Below, in pieces: positions 35,828-45,700 of a stretch of 64,000 bases of DNA. Made by a program: the position numbers and the translations under genes. The DNA is from Candidatus Sericytochromatia bacterium (lineage in GTDB: Bacteria > Cyanobacteriota > Sericytochromatia > S15B-MN24 > VGJW01): positions 14,453-78,452 of the forward strand of contig JAYKHS010000015.1 in NCBI GenBank assembly GCA_035285865.1, given 5' to 3'. The stretch's first letter is position 1; each line of letters starts with the position of its first letter. The notes under the pieces were generated by a model, which saw nothing but the letters and a program-made list of their open reading frames with translations, was not told the DNA's origin and made no database searches.

Positions 35828-36274
35828 TCAGCCCGCGAAGGTCATCCGGGCACTGCCGAGGGCCTGGGACTGCGTGCCACCGCTGCTCACCGACTGGACG
35901 GTCCACTGGTCTCCGACCCGGACGACCTGAAGATACGAGCAGGCCGTGCAGCCCGTGTACGAGTTGCGCTCGCCCGCGTCGCAGCGACCGTTGCCGTTGG
36001 CGTCTCGGAACGCGAAGACCGTCAGGTTGCTGACGCCCGTCGGGATGGCGTACCGGAACGTGCCGTCGGCCGCCACGCTGGCGACCTCGGCCTTGGGCAA
36101 ATCCTCGGGGAAGGGGATGTCCCGCAGGACACCAACCTTGATGCCGTCCAGCGCCACGCCACTGATGCTTCCTGTCAGGACCTGGGTCCCGAGACCGGGC
36201 AGGTTGCCCGCCGCATCGCAACCCGTGGCGGCAAGGGCCAACAGAGTCCAGACCATCCGACGATGCGCGAACAT
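35828..36274 (-). CDS. hypothetical lipoprotein
   Basis: lipobox ATGC; FAFRDANGNGRCDAGE Ca-loop-like motif; CTAC. Confidence 0.65.
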   Translation of the reverse strand: MFAHRRMVWTLLALAATGCDAAGNLPGLGTQVLTGSISGVALDGIKVGVLRDIPFPEDLPKAEVASVAADGTFRYAIPTGVSNLTVFAFRDANGNGRCDAGERNSYTGCTACSYLQVVRVGDQWTVQSVSSGGTQSQALGSARMTFAG

Positions 36275-36288
36275 GGGGCCATGCTAGC

Positions 36289-36783
36289 ATGACGCTCATG
36301 CGCTCCCTTACGGAACCGCCGGCACAGGGTCGTGTCCATTTCCGCATCGGCCGCAAGGATCGCCTGTCCCTCTTCCGAGAGAGAGGGGAGACCTGGGACA
36401 GGGTCTGCCTGCGTGCCTTGGCTTGGCTGCTGCATTACCGGGATGCGCGCTCCCCCGTGCTGGATCCCCCGTTGGAGCATCGGCTCAGGGCGGATCTCGC
36501 GGCCTTCGACGCCACGGGTGCACCGACGCTCTGGGTCAAGGTTGCGCCCATCGACGAGGCGGCCATCCTGCACGCCTGTCGTCACCTGCCGAGAACCCGC
36601 ATTCAACTGCTGGTTTCGGAAGAAGACCCCGAGGCCTTCGTGGCGCGGGTGCGCAAGCACGTACACTACCGCTACGCCCACGACCACCTCGAGATCGTGA
36701 ACTTTCTCCCGCCGCTGGAGGCGTGGCTGGACCCGGAGGACCTCCGCATTCCAGATGATGCGATGACCACCTGGCTGCTCTGA
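36289..36783 (+). CDS. YaeQ family protein
   Basis: GETWDRVCLRALAWLL, ADL.AFD.TG.PTLWV pattern. Confidence 0.65.
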   Translation: MTLMRSLTEPPAQGRVHFRIGRKDRLSLFRERGETWDRVCLRALAWLLHYRDARSPVLDPPLEHRLRADLAAFDATGAPTLWVKVAPIDEAAILHACRHLPRTRIQLLVSEEDPEAFVARVRKHVHYRYAHDHLEIVNFLPPLEAWLDPEDLRIPDDAMTTWLL

Positions 36784-36808
36784 GGCCCGCATCCACGACT
36801 CGGCTGGA

Positions 36809-39800
36809 TCAAGTTAGCTGGAAGTGCCAGGTCAGGTTGTGGTTGCTGTCCACCTCGACCACATGGTTGGCACCGGCATGGTGGACCATCGTTCGCCCGG
36901 ACTCCAGTCGCCACGCCAGCACAGGTGTCAGCATCTGCATCTGGAAACGGCCCTTTCGACCGTAACAGGCCGCGGCGCCCCCGTACTGCCAGACCAGCTT
37001 GCCGGACACATCCAGTTCGATGACCCTATGATTCTGCGTGTCGGCAATCAGCGTGTGTCCGTTGGCAAGCCGCGTCGCGTGCTCGGGGTGGAACAGCTGC
37101 CCGTGGGCATTCCCCGCGTTGCCGGGCTGTCCGAAGGCCCAGACGGTCCTGCCCTGGGCGTCGAACTCGTAGACGGCATGTCCGCCCCAATCCGTGACCA
37201 GGACATGACCGTTGGCGAGGCGCGTGGCGTGGCTGGGCGCGGCGAGGTTGTCCTTGCGCCAGATGACATCCTGGCTGACGGTAACCTCGATGACCCGACG
37301 GTTGCCCATGTCTGCGACGAGGAACGTTCCCTGCGGCGTGCGCTCGACGCTTGCCGGCTCGTCCAGCTGCTTGGGGGCTGATCCGCGTTCTCCGATTTTG
37401 CCGAACTGCCAGACGATGGCATTATCCCTGATTTCGATGATGCGGTGGTTCCCGGTGTCTGCAACAAGGGTTCCCCCTTGCGGCGTACGCCACGCATAGC
37501 GGGCCTGAGCAAGGCGCTGGCGCTCGCCGCCGGAAAAGCCGGTGTACTGCCAGCTGATCTGCAGTTTGCGGTCGACCTCGAGCAAGCGATTGCGCGTCCG
37601 GTCGGCGAATAGAAATGCCTCGGGCAGGTTCGGCGGCAGCGGACTGGCGAGGCTTTCGGATGCGGCAGCCTCGCCGGCTGCCATCTCCGCCGGCGTGCCC
37701 TCGGTGGCCTGCACGTCCGCCGAGGCCGGCGGTGCGCCCAGGGACAACTCGCGCAACGGATGGCCTTCCGCGTCGATGCAGACGGCGCCCCCCCTGCCGG
37801 CGATCCACGTGCGGCCCTGGCCGTCCCGCTCGGCGGCGTAGGGGTCGCGGGCGGCGGCTCCCCCACGTGCCGGGGCGATGCGGTGGGCCCAGCGAATCTG
37901 GCGGCCTCCATCCAGCTCGATGACGCGCTGGTTGCCCGTGTCGCAGACCAGCAGGCCGCCATCGGGCAGCAGGCTGATGCCCTGGGGGTCGTTGAGCTGA
38001 CCTGCGCCCGTTCCATGTCCCCCGCCGAGGCGACTCGAGGCGTTGCCGTATTGCCAGAGGACGTCGCCATTGCGCGCGATACCGAGGACGCGATGGTTGC
38101 CCGTGTCCAGGATGACCGTCAGGCCGTCCGGCCTGCGCAAGGCGGCCGTCGGCTTGAAGAGCAGGCCGCGGGCAACGCCGGCCTTGCCGGTCTCGCCGTA
38201 GGTCCACGTGACCTGACCGTCGGGCGTGACTTCGAGGACACGATGCTGGCCCGTATCCACGACCAGCGTGTGCCCGTTCGCCAGGCGCGAAGCGTGTCGG
38301 GGTTGCTTCAGACGCTCGGCGTCGCCACCCCCGAAGCCCCAGACCTCGGTCTGGTTGCGCCTGTCAAACTCGATGGCGCGTCCGAGGTCCAGGTCCACGA
38401 GCAGCACGTTGCCGCCCGGCATCCGGCGAACCATGGCCGGCATGGGCATGCGCTGCGACCAAGTCTCGCTGCCGTCCGGGGCGAGCCCGACGGCCCGGCG
38501 GCGGGGCGGGTCTGCAAGGAGCACCTCGGCGTCGTTGTCTCCGACCCAGACATCGACCGAGCGCTCGTCGGCCGGATCGGGATCGGTTGCGGCGGTCGCG
38601 TCCTCGACCTGAAGCGCCGGCCACGCTGGCTGCGGACTGGCCGGATCGACGACAAGGGCCGGCGGCGCCGATTCCTCGGCGGGTCTGTCCGGGGCTGGTT
38701 GCTCCGGGAGCTGCGGGGACTGGCCGGTACGCAGGGCGGCTGCCTGCTCGAGCAACTGGGAGTAGCGTCCGGTCAGGAACCTGGCAAGCTGGTCCTCGGC
38801 GATGGCGACCGGCGCGGGTTCCGCACCGCCCGCAAGCTGGCTGGCCAGTTGGAGGCCCGTCGGGTCCCTCGGGTCCAGCATGGCAACGATGAGGCGTCCA
38901 TCCTCACGGAATAGGGGCACCATCCCGAGCGAACGCACCATGCGTTCAGGCAACTGGGCGACGACGAGCGGATCCACGCGGCTGTCGTCCAGGGGGCCGG
39001 CATCGGGATCGTTGTCCTTGAGCCGGGCCAGCTCCGCTCTGGTGACGACGCCCATGCCGATGAGGACATCCGTCAGGCTCGGAGTCACAGGCAACCATTC
39101 GCGAACCGGCGGGTGCCCCAGAGTCAGGGGCAGCACGTCGAGGGGGGCGTCCTTCTCAAGCCGTCGCTTCTGCAGGTCGATGGTCAGCAGACGATGGCGG
39201 TCTGCCTGCCCGCCTTCCTGAACCACCACGTTCAGGCGCTGGCCGTCCGGGGATACCCTGAGCGGCTCGATGGGGGCTGCTGCCGAACGACGACCCGGTA
39301 GGTTCAGCAGGTGCCGCACCCGCAGATCAGCCGTCGAGACGGTCAGCAGGCCAAGCTCGTCGCCCGTCCGGTAGAACAGTACGTAGAGCAACTGACCGTC
39401 GGGACTGAGACCGAGCGGACCCAGCGGGCCTGTCGGAAAGTTCTGGAACCGCGGCTTGCCCGTCGTGAGGTCGATGATGCCGAGCCGCGGCGTTTGCCCG
39501 TCCGTGACCCAGCCCTGTCGCCCGAGCACGGCCAGACCCAGGCCCTTGCGTCCCCCGGCCGGGCGAATCTGCAGGGCGGCTGCCTGGGTGCCGGAGGCGG
39601 CCGCAATCACGTGGACGATTCCGGTGCCGCGATTGCCGGCCAGAATGAACTCCCCGCCGGGAGAGGTCGCGAGGTCGATGGGGCCTGCCTGAACCGGAGC
39701 CGGCGACTGGATCGGGCTGGGCAGGCTGAGGATGGACGGGGAGGATGCGCGATTCGGCATGCCGGCCAAGGCAAGGAAACCACCCTGGGACGTGGCGAAA

Positions 39801-40207
39801 AGGCCCGGTCTGACGTTGGCAGGAGCCTGCACGACATCTTCGATGGATGTCCCGTCCAGACTCAGCACCAGCATCCTGCCGTCGGTCCAGCGGGGCCAGT
39901 CGGAGGCGTCCACAGGTTCCCCGGCCTTGACCGATGCCATGACCGTGCCGCGTCTGGGGTCCTTGAAGGGGATGATCTGCGCCGCGTCATCCGGCACCAC
40001 GGCCGGTGGCATCGGGATGGGCCGGGTCACGGTCTCCTGCTGGACGCGCCTCTGGGCCTCCGCCAGTTGGGAAGGCGTGACGAGGCGGGATCGGACGAGC
40101 AAATCGCCAATCAGGGCGTCGTCTGGGGCAGGATTCGTCACGACCGTGGCACCGCGGGACAGGGGACGCCGGGTCCCTTTGACGAAAGGCCCGTGCCTGC
40201 CTATCAT
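36809..40207 (-). CDS. large protein: MshEN/T2SSE_N-like segments, YncE-like propeller and two NHL-repeat regions (start uncertain)
   Basis: IGDLLVRSRLVTPSQL; VAQLPERMVRSLGMVPLFREDGRLIVAMLDP; about 10 repeats of L..P..A.RL.NG.TL(V/I)ADTGNHRV(I/L)E..W.(F/Y)G. Confidence 0.8.
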   Translation of the reverse strand: MIGRHGPFVKGTRRPLSRGATVVTNPAPDDALIGDLLVRSRLVTPSQLAEAQRRVQQETVTRPIPMPPAVVPDDAAQIIPFKDPRRGTVMASVKAGEPVDASDWPRWTDGRMLVLSLDGTSIEDVVQAPANVRPGLFATSQGGFLALAGMPNRASSPSILSLPSPIQSPAPVQAGPIDLATSPGGEFILAGNRGTGIVHVIAAASGTQAAALQIRPAGGRKGLGLAVLGRQGWVTDGQTPRLGIIDLTTGKPRFQNFPTGPLGPLGLSPDGQLLYVLFYRTGDELGLLTVSTADLRVRHLLNLPGRRSAAAPIEPLRVSPDGQRLNVVVQEGGQADRHRLLTIDLQKRRLEKDAPLDVLPLTLGHPPVREWLPVTPSLTDVLIGMGVVTRAELARLKDNDPDAGPLDDSRVDPLVVAQLPERMVRSLGMVPLFREDGRLIVAMLDPRDPTGLQLASQLAGGAEPAPVAIAEDQLARFLTGRYSQLLEQAAALRTGQSPQLPEQPAPDRPAEESAPPALVVDPASPQPAWPALQVEDATAATDPDPADERSVDVWVGDNDAEVLLADPPRRRAVGLAPDGSETWSQRMPMPAMVRRMPGGNVLLVDLDLGRAIEFDRRNQTEVWGFGGGDAERLKQPRHASRLANGHTLVVDTGQHRVLEVTPDGQVTWTYGETGKAGVARGLLFKPTAALRRPDGLTVILDTGNHRVLGIARNGDVLWQYGNASSRLGGGHGTGAGQLNDPQGISLLPDGGLLVCDTGNQRVIELDGGRQIRWAHRIAPARGGAAARDPYAAERDGQGRTWIAGRGGAVCIDAEGHPLRELSLGAPPASADVQATEGTPAEMAAGEAAASESLASPLPPNLPEAFLFADRTRNRLLEVDRKLQISWQYTGFSGGERQRLAQARYAWRTPQGGTLVADTGNHRIIEIRDNAIVWQFGKIGERGSAPKQLDEPASVERTPQGTFLVADMGNRRVIEVTVSQDVIWRKDNLAAPSHATRLANGHVLVTDWGGHAVYEFDAQGRTVWAFGQPGNAGNAHGQLFHPEHATRLANGHTLIADTQNHRVIELDVSGKLVWQYGGAAACYGRKGRFQMQMLTPVLAWRLESGRTMVHHAGANHVVEVDSNHNLTWHFQLT

Positions 40208-40272
40208 ACCTCCCTGTCCCCGCGCCGGACCTGACGGTCGTCACGTCGGAGCACGCATCCCGGAGGAATCCG

Positions 40273-40557
40273 ATGGCCGGTTCACCCCAGCCCCAGCAGC
40301 CCGGTGCTCCCCAGAGTGGCCTGCCGTCGTCCCAGACGGGCCCGCTCCAGCAGCGTCCCCGCAAGCTCTGTCCGGTCATGAGCACCGCGGCCCAGCAGGC
40401 CGGCTGCGTCGAGCACAACTGCGGCCTCTGGTCCCAGACCTACAAGGCCTGCGGCCTCGCCTGCGGTCCCGAGGCGATGGCGGCAGGCTTCGACAAGCTC
40501 GAGTCGACGTTCGACTACATGTCGAAGCTTATCGCCGACATCAAGGCCAAGATCTAG
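40273..40557 (+). CDS. small Cys-rich hypothetical protein
   Basis: GGAGG RBS; CP-x10-C-x4-C-xxW-x6-C-x3-C then amphipathic helix; strong GC3 bias. Confidence 0.7.
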   Translation: MAGSPQPQQPGAPQSGLPSSQTGPLQQRPRKLCPVMSTAAQQAGCVEHNCGLWSQTYKACGLACGPEAMAAGFDKLESTFDYMSKLIADIKAKI

Positions 40558-41426
40558 TCCGGCCTGGCCGGGGCGAAGGGGTTGCGCATCCTTTCGCGGG
40601 CGGCCGTGGTGGCCGGCCCGTGGCCCGGCAGCAGCAGTGTCTCCGGCGGTTGCTCAAGAAGCAGGTGCAACGATCGACGGTGCTCCGGATGATCTGCCGG
40701 ACCGCCGAAGGTCCGGCCCAGAGAGGCGGCGAACATCGTGTCGCCCGGGAACAGCCGGTCGCCGATGCGCCACGTCGTGCCACCGGCCGTGTGACCGGGG
40801 GTGGCGAGGAGCCCGACCTCGGCGTGCCGCAGGTCCCTGGGGTCGTGGAAGGGGCCATCGGCCCCGCTGGACTGGGCCAGTGCGTGATCAGCCGGATGAA
40901 GCCAGACGTCCGTGCCCGTCTCCTGCGCCAGCCAGCGGGCACCGCCGACGTGGTCGCGATGACCGTGGGTCACGAGAATGCCGCGCAGGACCACGCCATG
41001 CCTTCGTAGCCACGCTTCCGGCACCTCGGGCCGGAAACCCGGGTCCACCAGCCACGCCGCTTGTCTGTCCGGATGGATGACGATCCAGGTGTTGGAGGTG
41101 TAGCCGCCGGGTGTCGCGGACAAGGTGAAGCGCAGGGTCTGCCAGCCGTCCTCGGGCTCGTCGACGGGTTCGGGTTGCCACGTCCCTGTGGCAAGTGCCG
41201 TGAACGCGCCCGGCCGGAGGTCCAGCAGTCTGGCCAGGCGCTCGGCATGGTCGGCCGGGATGGGGACCGTCAGGGCCTCCCAGGCGATGATGACGGACTC
41301 CGGCACACCCAAGGCGCTGGCGAGCTCCGGTCGCTCCATGCCAAGTCCGCTGCGCGCCTTGGCGAGGATATCCCCTGCCTCGTCCTCGAGCGGCAGGACG
41401 TCCGCGAGCGTGCCGGGTTCCTGCAT
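40554..41426 (-). CDS. MBL-fold metallohydrolase with N-terminal HTH
   Basis: N-terminal [46 protein letters not shown]. Confidence 0.85.
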   Translation of the reverse strand: MQEPGTLADVLPLEDEAGDILAKARSGLGMERPELASALGVPESVIIAWEALTVPIPADHAERLARLLDLRPGAFTALATGTWQPEPVDEPEDGWQTLRFTLSATPGGYTSNTWIVIHPDRQAAWLVDPGFRPEVPEAWLRRHGVVLRGILVTHGHRDHVGGARWLAQETGTDVWLHPADHALAQSSGADGPFHDPRDLRHAEVGLLATPGHTAGGTTWRIGDRLFPGDTMFAASLGRTFGGPADHPEHRRSLHLLLEQPPETLLLPGHGPATTAARERMRNPFAPARPD

Positions 41427-41472
41427 GTTAACCTTGTCCTATCCCGAGGCCCATTTTCGAGGAGGTTCGTCC

Positions 41473-42543
41473 ATGGCCACCGCCATCGCCCACAAGCTGG
41501 AAGAGTTGCTCGGCGCCGAGGCCGACAGCCTGCTCAACTACACCTGCAAGGGCATCGACAAGTCCATGCTGCACCTGCCCGGCCCCGACTTCGTGGAGCG
41601 TGTCTTCACGCCGTCGGACCGTCCGATTCGCGTGCTCAACAACCTGCAGCGCCTCTTCGGGACCGGCCGCCTTGCCGGCACCGGCTACCTCTCCATCCTG
41701 CCCGTCGACCAGGGCATCGAGCACAGTGCCGGGGCATCCTTCGCCAAGAATCCCATCTACTTCGACTCGGAGAACATCGTGCGGCTCGCGATCGAGGGCG
41801 GCTGCAATGCCGTGGCCTCGACCTACGGCGTCCTGGCGTCCGTTGCCCGTAAGTACGCGCACCGCATCCCCTTCATCGTCAAGATCAACCACAACGAGTT
41901 CCTTTCGTACCCCAACAGCTACGATCAGGTGATGTTCGGCTCCGTCGACGAGGCAGCCGAGATGGGCGCTGCGGCCGTCGGCGCCACCATCTACTTCGGT
42001 TCGGATGAGTCCCGCCGCCAGATCGTCGAGGTGGCCCAGGCCTTCGAGCGCGCCCACGAACTGGGTCTTGCGACCATTCTGTGGTGCTACACCCGCAACA
42101 ACGGCTTCAAGAAGGACGGGACGGACTTCCACACCGCCATGGACCTTACGGGCCAGGCCAACCACCTGGGCGTCACGATCAAGGCCGACATCGTCAAGCA
42201 GAAGCTGCCCGAGGTCTTCAAGTCGGGTTACGAGACCATCAACTTCGGCAAGATCGACAAGCGCGTCTTCACGGAGCTGTCCGCAGACCATCCCATCGAG
42301 ATGACCCGCTATCAGGTCGCCAACGGCTACATGGGCCGTGCGGGCCTGATCAACAGCGGTGGTGCCAGCTCCGGGGCTACCGACCTCGCCGAGGCCGTCA
42401 AGACTGCCGTCATCAACAAGCGCGCCGGTGGCATGGGCCTCATCTCGGGCCGTAAGGCCTTCCAGCGTCCGATGAACGAAGGAGCCGCCCTCCTTCACGC
42501 CATCCAGGACGTCTACCTGGATTCCGCCGTCACCATCGCCTGA
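41473..42543 (+). CDS. fbaB: class I fructose-bisphosphate aldolase
   Basis: [46 protein letters not shown]. Confidence 0.96.
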   Translation: MATAIAHKLEELLGAEADSLLNYTCKGIDKSMLHLPGPDFVERVFTPSDRPIRVLNNLQRLFGTGRLAGTGYLSILPVDQGIEHSAGASFAKNPIYFDSENIVRLAIEGGCNAVASTYGVLASVARKYAHRIPFIVKINHNEFLSYPNSYDQVMFGSVDEAAEMGAAAVGATIYFGSDESRRQIVEVAQAFERAHELGLATILWCYTRNNGFKKDGTDFHTAMDLTGQANHLGVTIKADIVKQKLPEVFKSGYETINFGKIDKRVFTELSADHPIEMTRYQVANGYMGRAGLINSGGASSGATDLAEAVKTAVINKRAGGMGLISGRKAFQRPMNEGAALLHAIQDVYLDSAVTIA

Positions 42544-42556
42544 TTCCTCAGGACCC

Positions 42557-42597
42557 GGAGGCTCGGTCTTTCCCGTCACGGGAAGGACCGAGCCTTC
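42557..42597. terminator. long hairpin between convergent genes
   Basis: GGAGGCTCGGTCTTTCCCG-TCA-CGGGAAGGACCGAGCCTTC. Confidence 0.7.
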
Positions 42598-42611
42598 GTC
42601 CTGATATCGCC

Positions 42612-44771
42612 TCAGGCCCGCAGCAGTGCGGTCGTCAGACGCAGGTAGACACCCGGGTTCTGCTGCAGGAATCGACGCAGGTCCGCCGCACGCATGCGGT
42701 AGGCCGTGACGGGGCCCCGAGTCACCAGATGGCGGGATGCGGCCTTCTGGTCCAGGATGCGGTCGAGCTCACCAGCCAGTTCTCCGGCTCCCCACGTGAT
42801 GTCCGGCAGGCCCTCGGCCTCTCCGACGACGACGCCTTCGTCGATCAGGTGGCAGACCCGCGCCCGTTGGCCGGCTTGGGCCAGTTCCGTGCCATCGGGC
42901 AACACCACCGCCTCCAGCATGCTCTGGAACTGCGTGCGCTGGGTCGGCGTCAGCTGTCGGAAGACCGGCGTGTAGGCCAGACGATCCCACGCGGGCAACT
43001 GCCGGATGCGGGCAAGGCGGCGCAGCGTCTCGAGCAGTTCGGTGCCGCGCAGCAGGTACAGCAGATCATGCGCGGCCATCGTCAGGACCTCGAGATCCGA
43101 CCGGGCGACAACGTCCGCCGTTCGCGGCGTCCCCAGCACGATGGCCGTCTCGCCGAAGTAGTCGTGCTGGCCGTAGACCGCGACCTCGCGACCTTCGTGA
43201 TCAAGCACCGCGGCTTTGCCCTCCACGATGATGAAGAACTCGGCCCCTGTCTCTCCGCGGCGGATCAGGACCTCGCCGGCGCGGTAGCTCCGTCGTTGCG
43301 TCAGGGCAAATGCCTCGGCTGCCTTGGCCCATGAAAGGCTGCTGAAAAGACCCACGCGGCTCAGGACATCCAGCGTCGTCTGGGCCTCGCTGTGCCGAGG
43401 ACGTTCCCGGACCATTTCCACGGTCTCGTCGAGCCCGGAGGGTGCGATGCGCATGCCCGTGCCCTCCGGCAGATTGCGCGCACTCAGGTGAATCAGCATC
43501 ACCCGCCTGCGTACGCCTTCGGGCAGCTGCAGCAGCTCTTCGAGGCGGGTGTGCAGCGGTGGGATTCCCGCTTCGTGCAGAACCAGGTCGTGATGCCAGG
43601 GGAAGTCCATGAGCTGGTCGAGCCGCTCCTGACTGATCACCCCCAGCCGATGCAGGGCGCGGAACGTCGCCGGGTCGTACAGTGTGTCCGAACTATAGAC
43701 GAGCGAACGGCCGCCGTAGAAGACCTCGAAACCGACGCAAGGCACCGAATGCAGCGAGTAGCGGAAGTGGAACTCGGCGCCCTCGATCCTGACCGGCTCG
43801 CCGATGCCGACGGGCGTGAAGTCGAACAGCGAGGCGAAGCGGGTCCGCGACAAGCCCGCAAGCGGGGCGTTCTTCGCGATGAAGCTGCGCATGATGGTCG
43901 GGGTGGTGAAGATGCGGATGCGGCCCTCGGCCAGCACTTTCTGCAGGGTGCCGCCATCGTGGTCGGCGTGGCAGTGCGTCAGGACGATGGCGTCGATGAG
44001 CTTGGGGTTGATCTCCTGATTGCGCAGCCAGTCCATGCTGCCCACCGGCGGATCGACGAGGATGCCCCGGTGATTGGCCCAGATGATGAAGCCGCTGGTC
44101 ATTGTCTCGGGGTCGAAGCCGTGACCGGTGCCAATGAATGTCAGACCAAAGGCCGGCGGATGGAAGGGTTCCTTGCGATCGTGGCGCTCGCTCTCCGGTT
44201 CGGGCAGGGGCACGGTCTCGGGCAGCGTGCCGAGCAAGGCGCTGCCCTCCGACACGACATAGCCTGAGCCGGGCTCATGCACAACCGTGACGCCGTCGAC
44301 CTTGGCCACGCCCTTCCGGTCGAAGGTCGCGAAGGTCAGCATGTCGGACAGTTCCATTTCCACGCCCCGGAACGGACAGGTCCGGAAGTAGCGGAATTCG
44401 GCCGCGAGGTCCGGCACGGGCCCGCGCAGCACCTCCCGCGAGACGTCGGGCTTGCCCGGTCCGAAGACCGCCTCGCGCATCATCGCCGTCAGGTCACGCC
44501 TTTGGCGTTCTTCGCAAATCACGGTGGTGCGCTGGCGGCGCACGAAGTAGTTGTAGTAGACCGGAAATTCGAGGTCGGCGAGGCTGATGCCCAGATCGGC
44601 CGAGAACAGGTGGCCAGGCAACAGGTAGATGGACGGGACGCCGTCGGGCAGGCCGATGGTGTCCTTGATGGTCTCGGGCACGGCCCCGAACTGGAGCGGC
44701 CCGGCAGACGTCCGCACGAGGAGACCTCCGCGGGAAAGCGGCACGGGGCCTCGGGCGACCTCGGGGCTCAT
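42612..44771 (-). CDS. MBL-fold cyclic-nucleotide phosphodiesterase with two cNMP-binding domains
   Basis: PETIKD, LEFPVYYNYF, GHGFDP, THCHADHDGG, HEAGIPPLHT, then FGETAIVLGTPRTADV. Confidence 0.85.
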   Translation of the reverse strand: MSPEVARGPVPLSRGGLLVRTSAGPLQFGAVPETIKDTIGLPDGVPSIYLLPGHLFSADLGISLADLEFPVYYNYFVRRQRTTVICEERQRRDLTAMMREAVFGPGKPDVSREVLRGPVPDLAAEFRYFRTCPFRGVEMELSDMLTFATFDRKGVAKVDGVTVVHEPGSGYVVSEGSALLGTLPETVPLPEPESERHDRKEPFHPPAFGLTFIGTGHGFDPETMTSGFIIWANHRGILVDPPVGSMDWLRNQEINPKLIDAIVLTHCHADHDGGTLQKVLAEGRIRIFTTPTIMRSFIAKNAPLAGLSRTRFASLFDFTPVGIGEPVRIEGAEFHFRYSLHSVPCVGFEVFYGGRSLVYSSDTLYDPATFRALHRLGVISQERLDQLMDFPWHHDLVLHEAGIPPLHTRLEELLQLPEGVRRRVMLIHLSARNLPEGTGMRIAPSGLDETVEMVRERPRHSEAQTTLDVLSRVGLFSSLSWAKAAEAFALTQRRSYRAGEVLIRRGETGAEFFIIVEGKAAVLDHEGREVAVYGQHDYFGETAIVLGTPRTADVVARSDLEVLTMAAHDLLYLLRGTELLETLRRLARIRQLPAWDRLAYTPVFRQLTPTQRTQFQSMLEAVVLPDGTELAQAGQRARVCHLIDEGVVVGEAEGLPDITWGAGELAGELDRILDQKAASRHLVTRGPVTAYRMRAADLRRFLQQNPGVYLRLTTALLRA

Positions 44772-44825
44772 GCCGCCACCATGCCCGCTCCCGGTGATTC
44801 CTCACCACGACCGAGGCGCCGGGCC

Positions 44826-45542
44826 TCAGGAGGCCTCGGTCCGCTCTCCTTCCACGGCGACGCAGCGGTAGCCCACGCCGCGGACCGTACGGATCTCGAC
44901 GGGAGAGGGCCCAAGCCTTTCCAGCTTGTCGCGCAGGCGGCAGATGTGGACATCGACCACCCGGTCGTCCCCGAAGAAGTCGTCGCCCCAGACCCGGAAG
45001 AGGATGGTGTCCCGAGTGATGGCCTTGCCGAGGTTCGCCACCAGCAGGACCAGCAGCTTGTACTCCTTGTAAGGCAACTCGAGGGCACGCTCGCCCAGGG
45101 TCACGGTGTGCTCGTCGTCGTCGATGCGGAGATTGCCGACCTCGAGGATGCGGCACGCATCGGTCATGCTCTGCCGGACACGCTCGACTCGGCGCAGGTT
45201 GGCGCGGACGCGGGCTGCGAGCTCGATCATGCTGAACGGCTTGGTCATGTATTCGTCGGCCCCGACGGCAAGGCCGACGACCTTGTCGGTGTCGCTGGCC
45301 TTCGCCGTGAGCATGATGATTGGCAGCGCGTGATCGCGGCGCAGTTGCCGGCAGACCTCGAGCCCGTCCACGTCGGGCATCATCAGGTCTAGGATGAGCA
45401 GGTCCGGACCTTCCCGCCGACAGGTCTCGATGGCTTCGGAGCCGCCCGAGACCGTCAGGATTGCGTGGCCTTCGTGCTCGAGCTGCTTCTGGAGCAGCAG
45501 CCTCATGTTGGGGTCGTCGTCGGCAATCAGGATTCTGGCCAT
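44826..45542 (-). CDS. OmpR/PhoB family response regulator
   Basis: ADDD, LDLMMP, MLTAK, KPF, VDVHICRLRDKL, TVRGVGY. Confidence 0.95.
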   Translation of the reverse strand: MARILIADDDPNMRLLLQKQLEHEGHAILTVSGGSEAIETCRREGPDLLILDLMMPDVDGLEVCRQLRRDHALPIIMLTAKASDTDKVVGLAVGADEYMTKPFSMIELAARVRANLRRVERVRQSMTDACRILEVGNLRIDDDEHTVTLGERALELPYKEYKLLVLLVANLGKAITRDTILFRVWGDDFFGDDRVVDVHICRLRDKLERLGPSPVEIRTVRGVGYRCVAVEGERTEAS

Positions 45543-45700
45543 CTCGTTCCTGCCTCGGGGTGCTTGGGGTGGGGTCCACTCTTGTAGGACCTCCGTGCGG
45601 GGAAGACAACGGAAATCTGCCTGTTTCCGGCCTTGACCCCTTGCATCGTGCGTGCGATTCCTTTATGGTTTCTTAACCAGATCTTATTTAGAGGTGCTTG

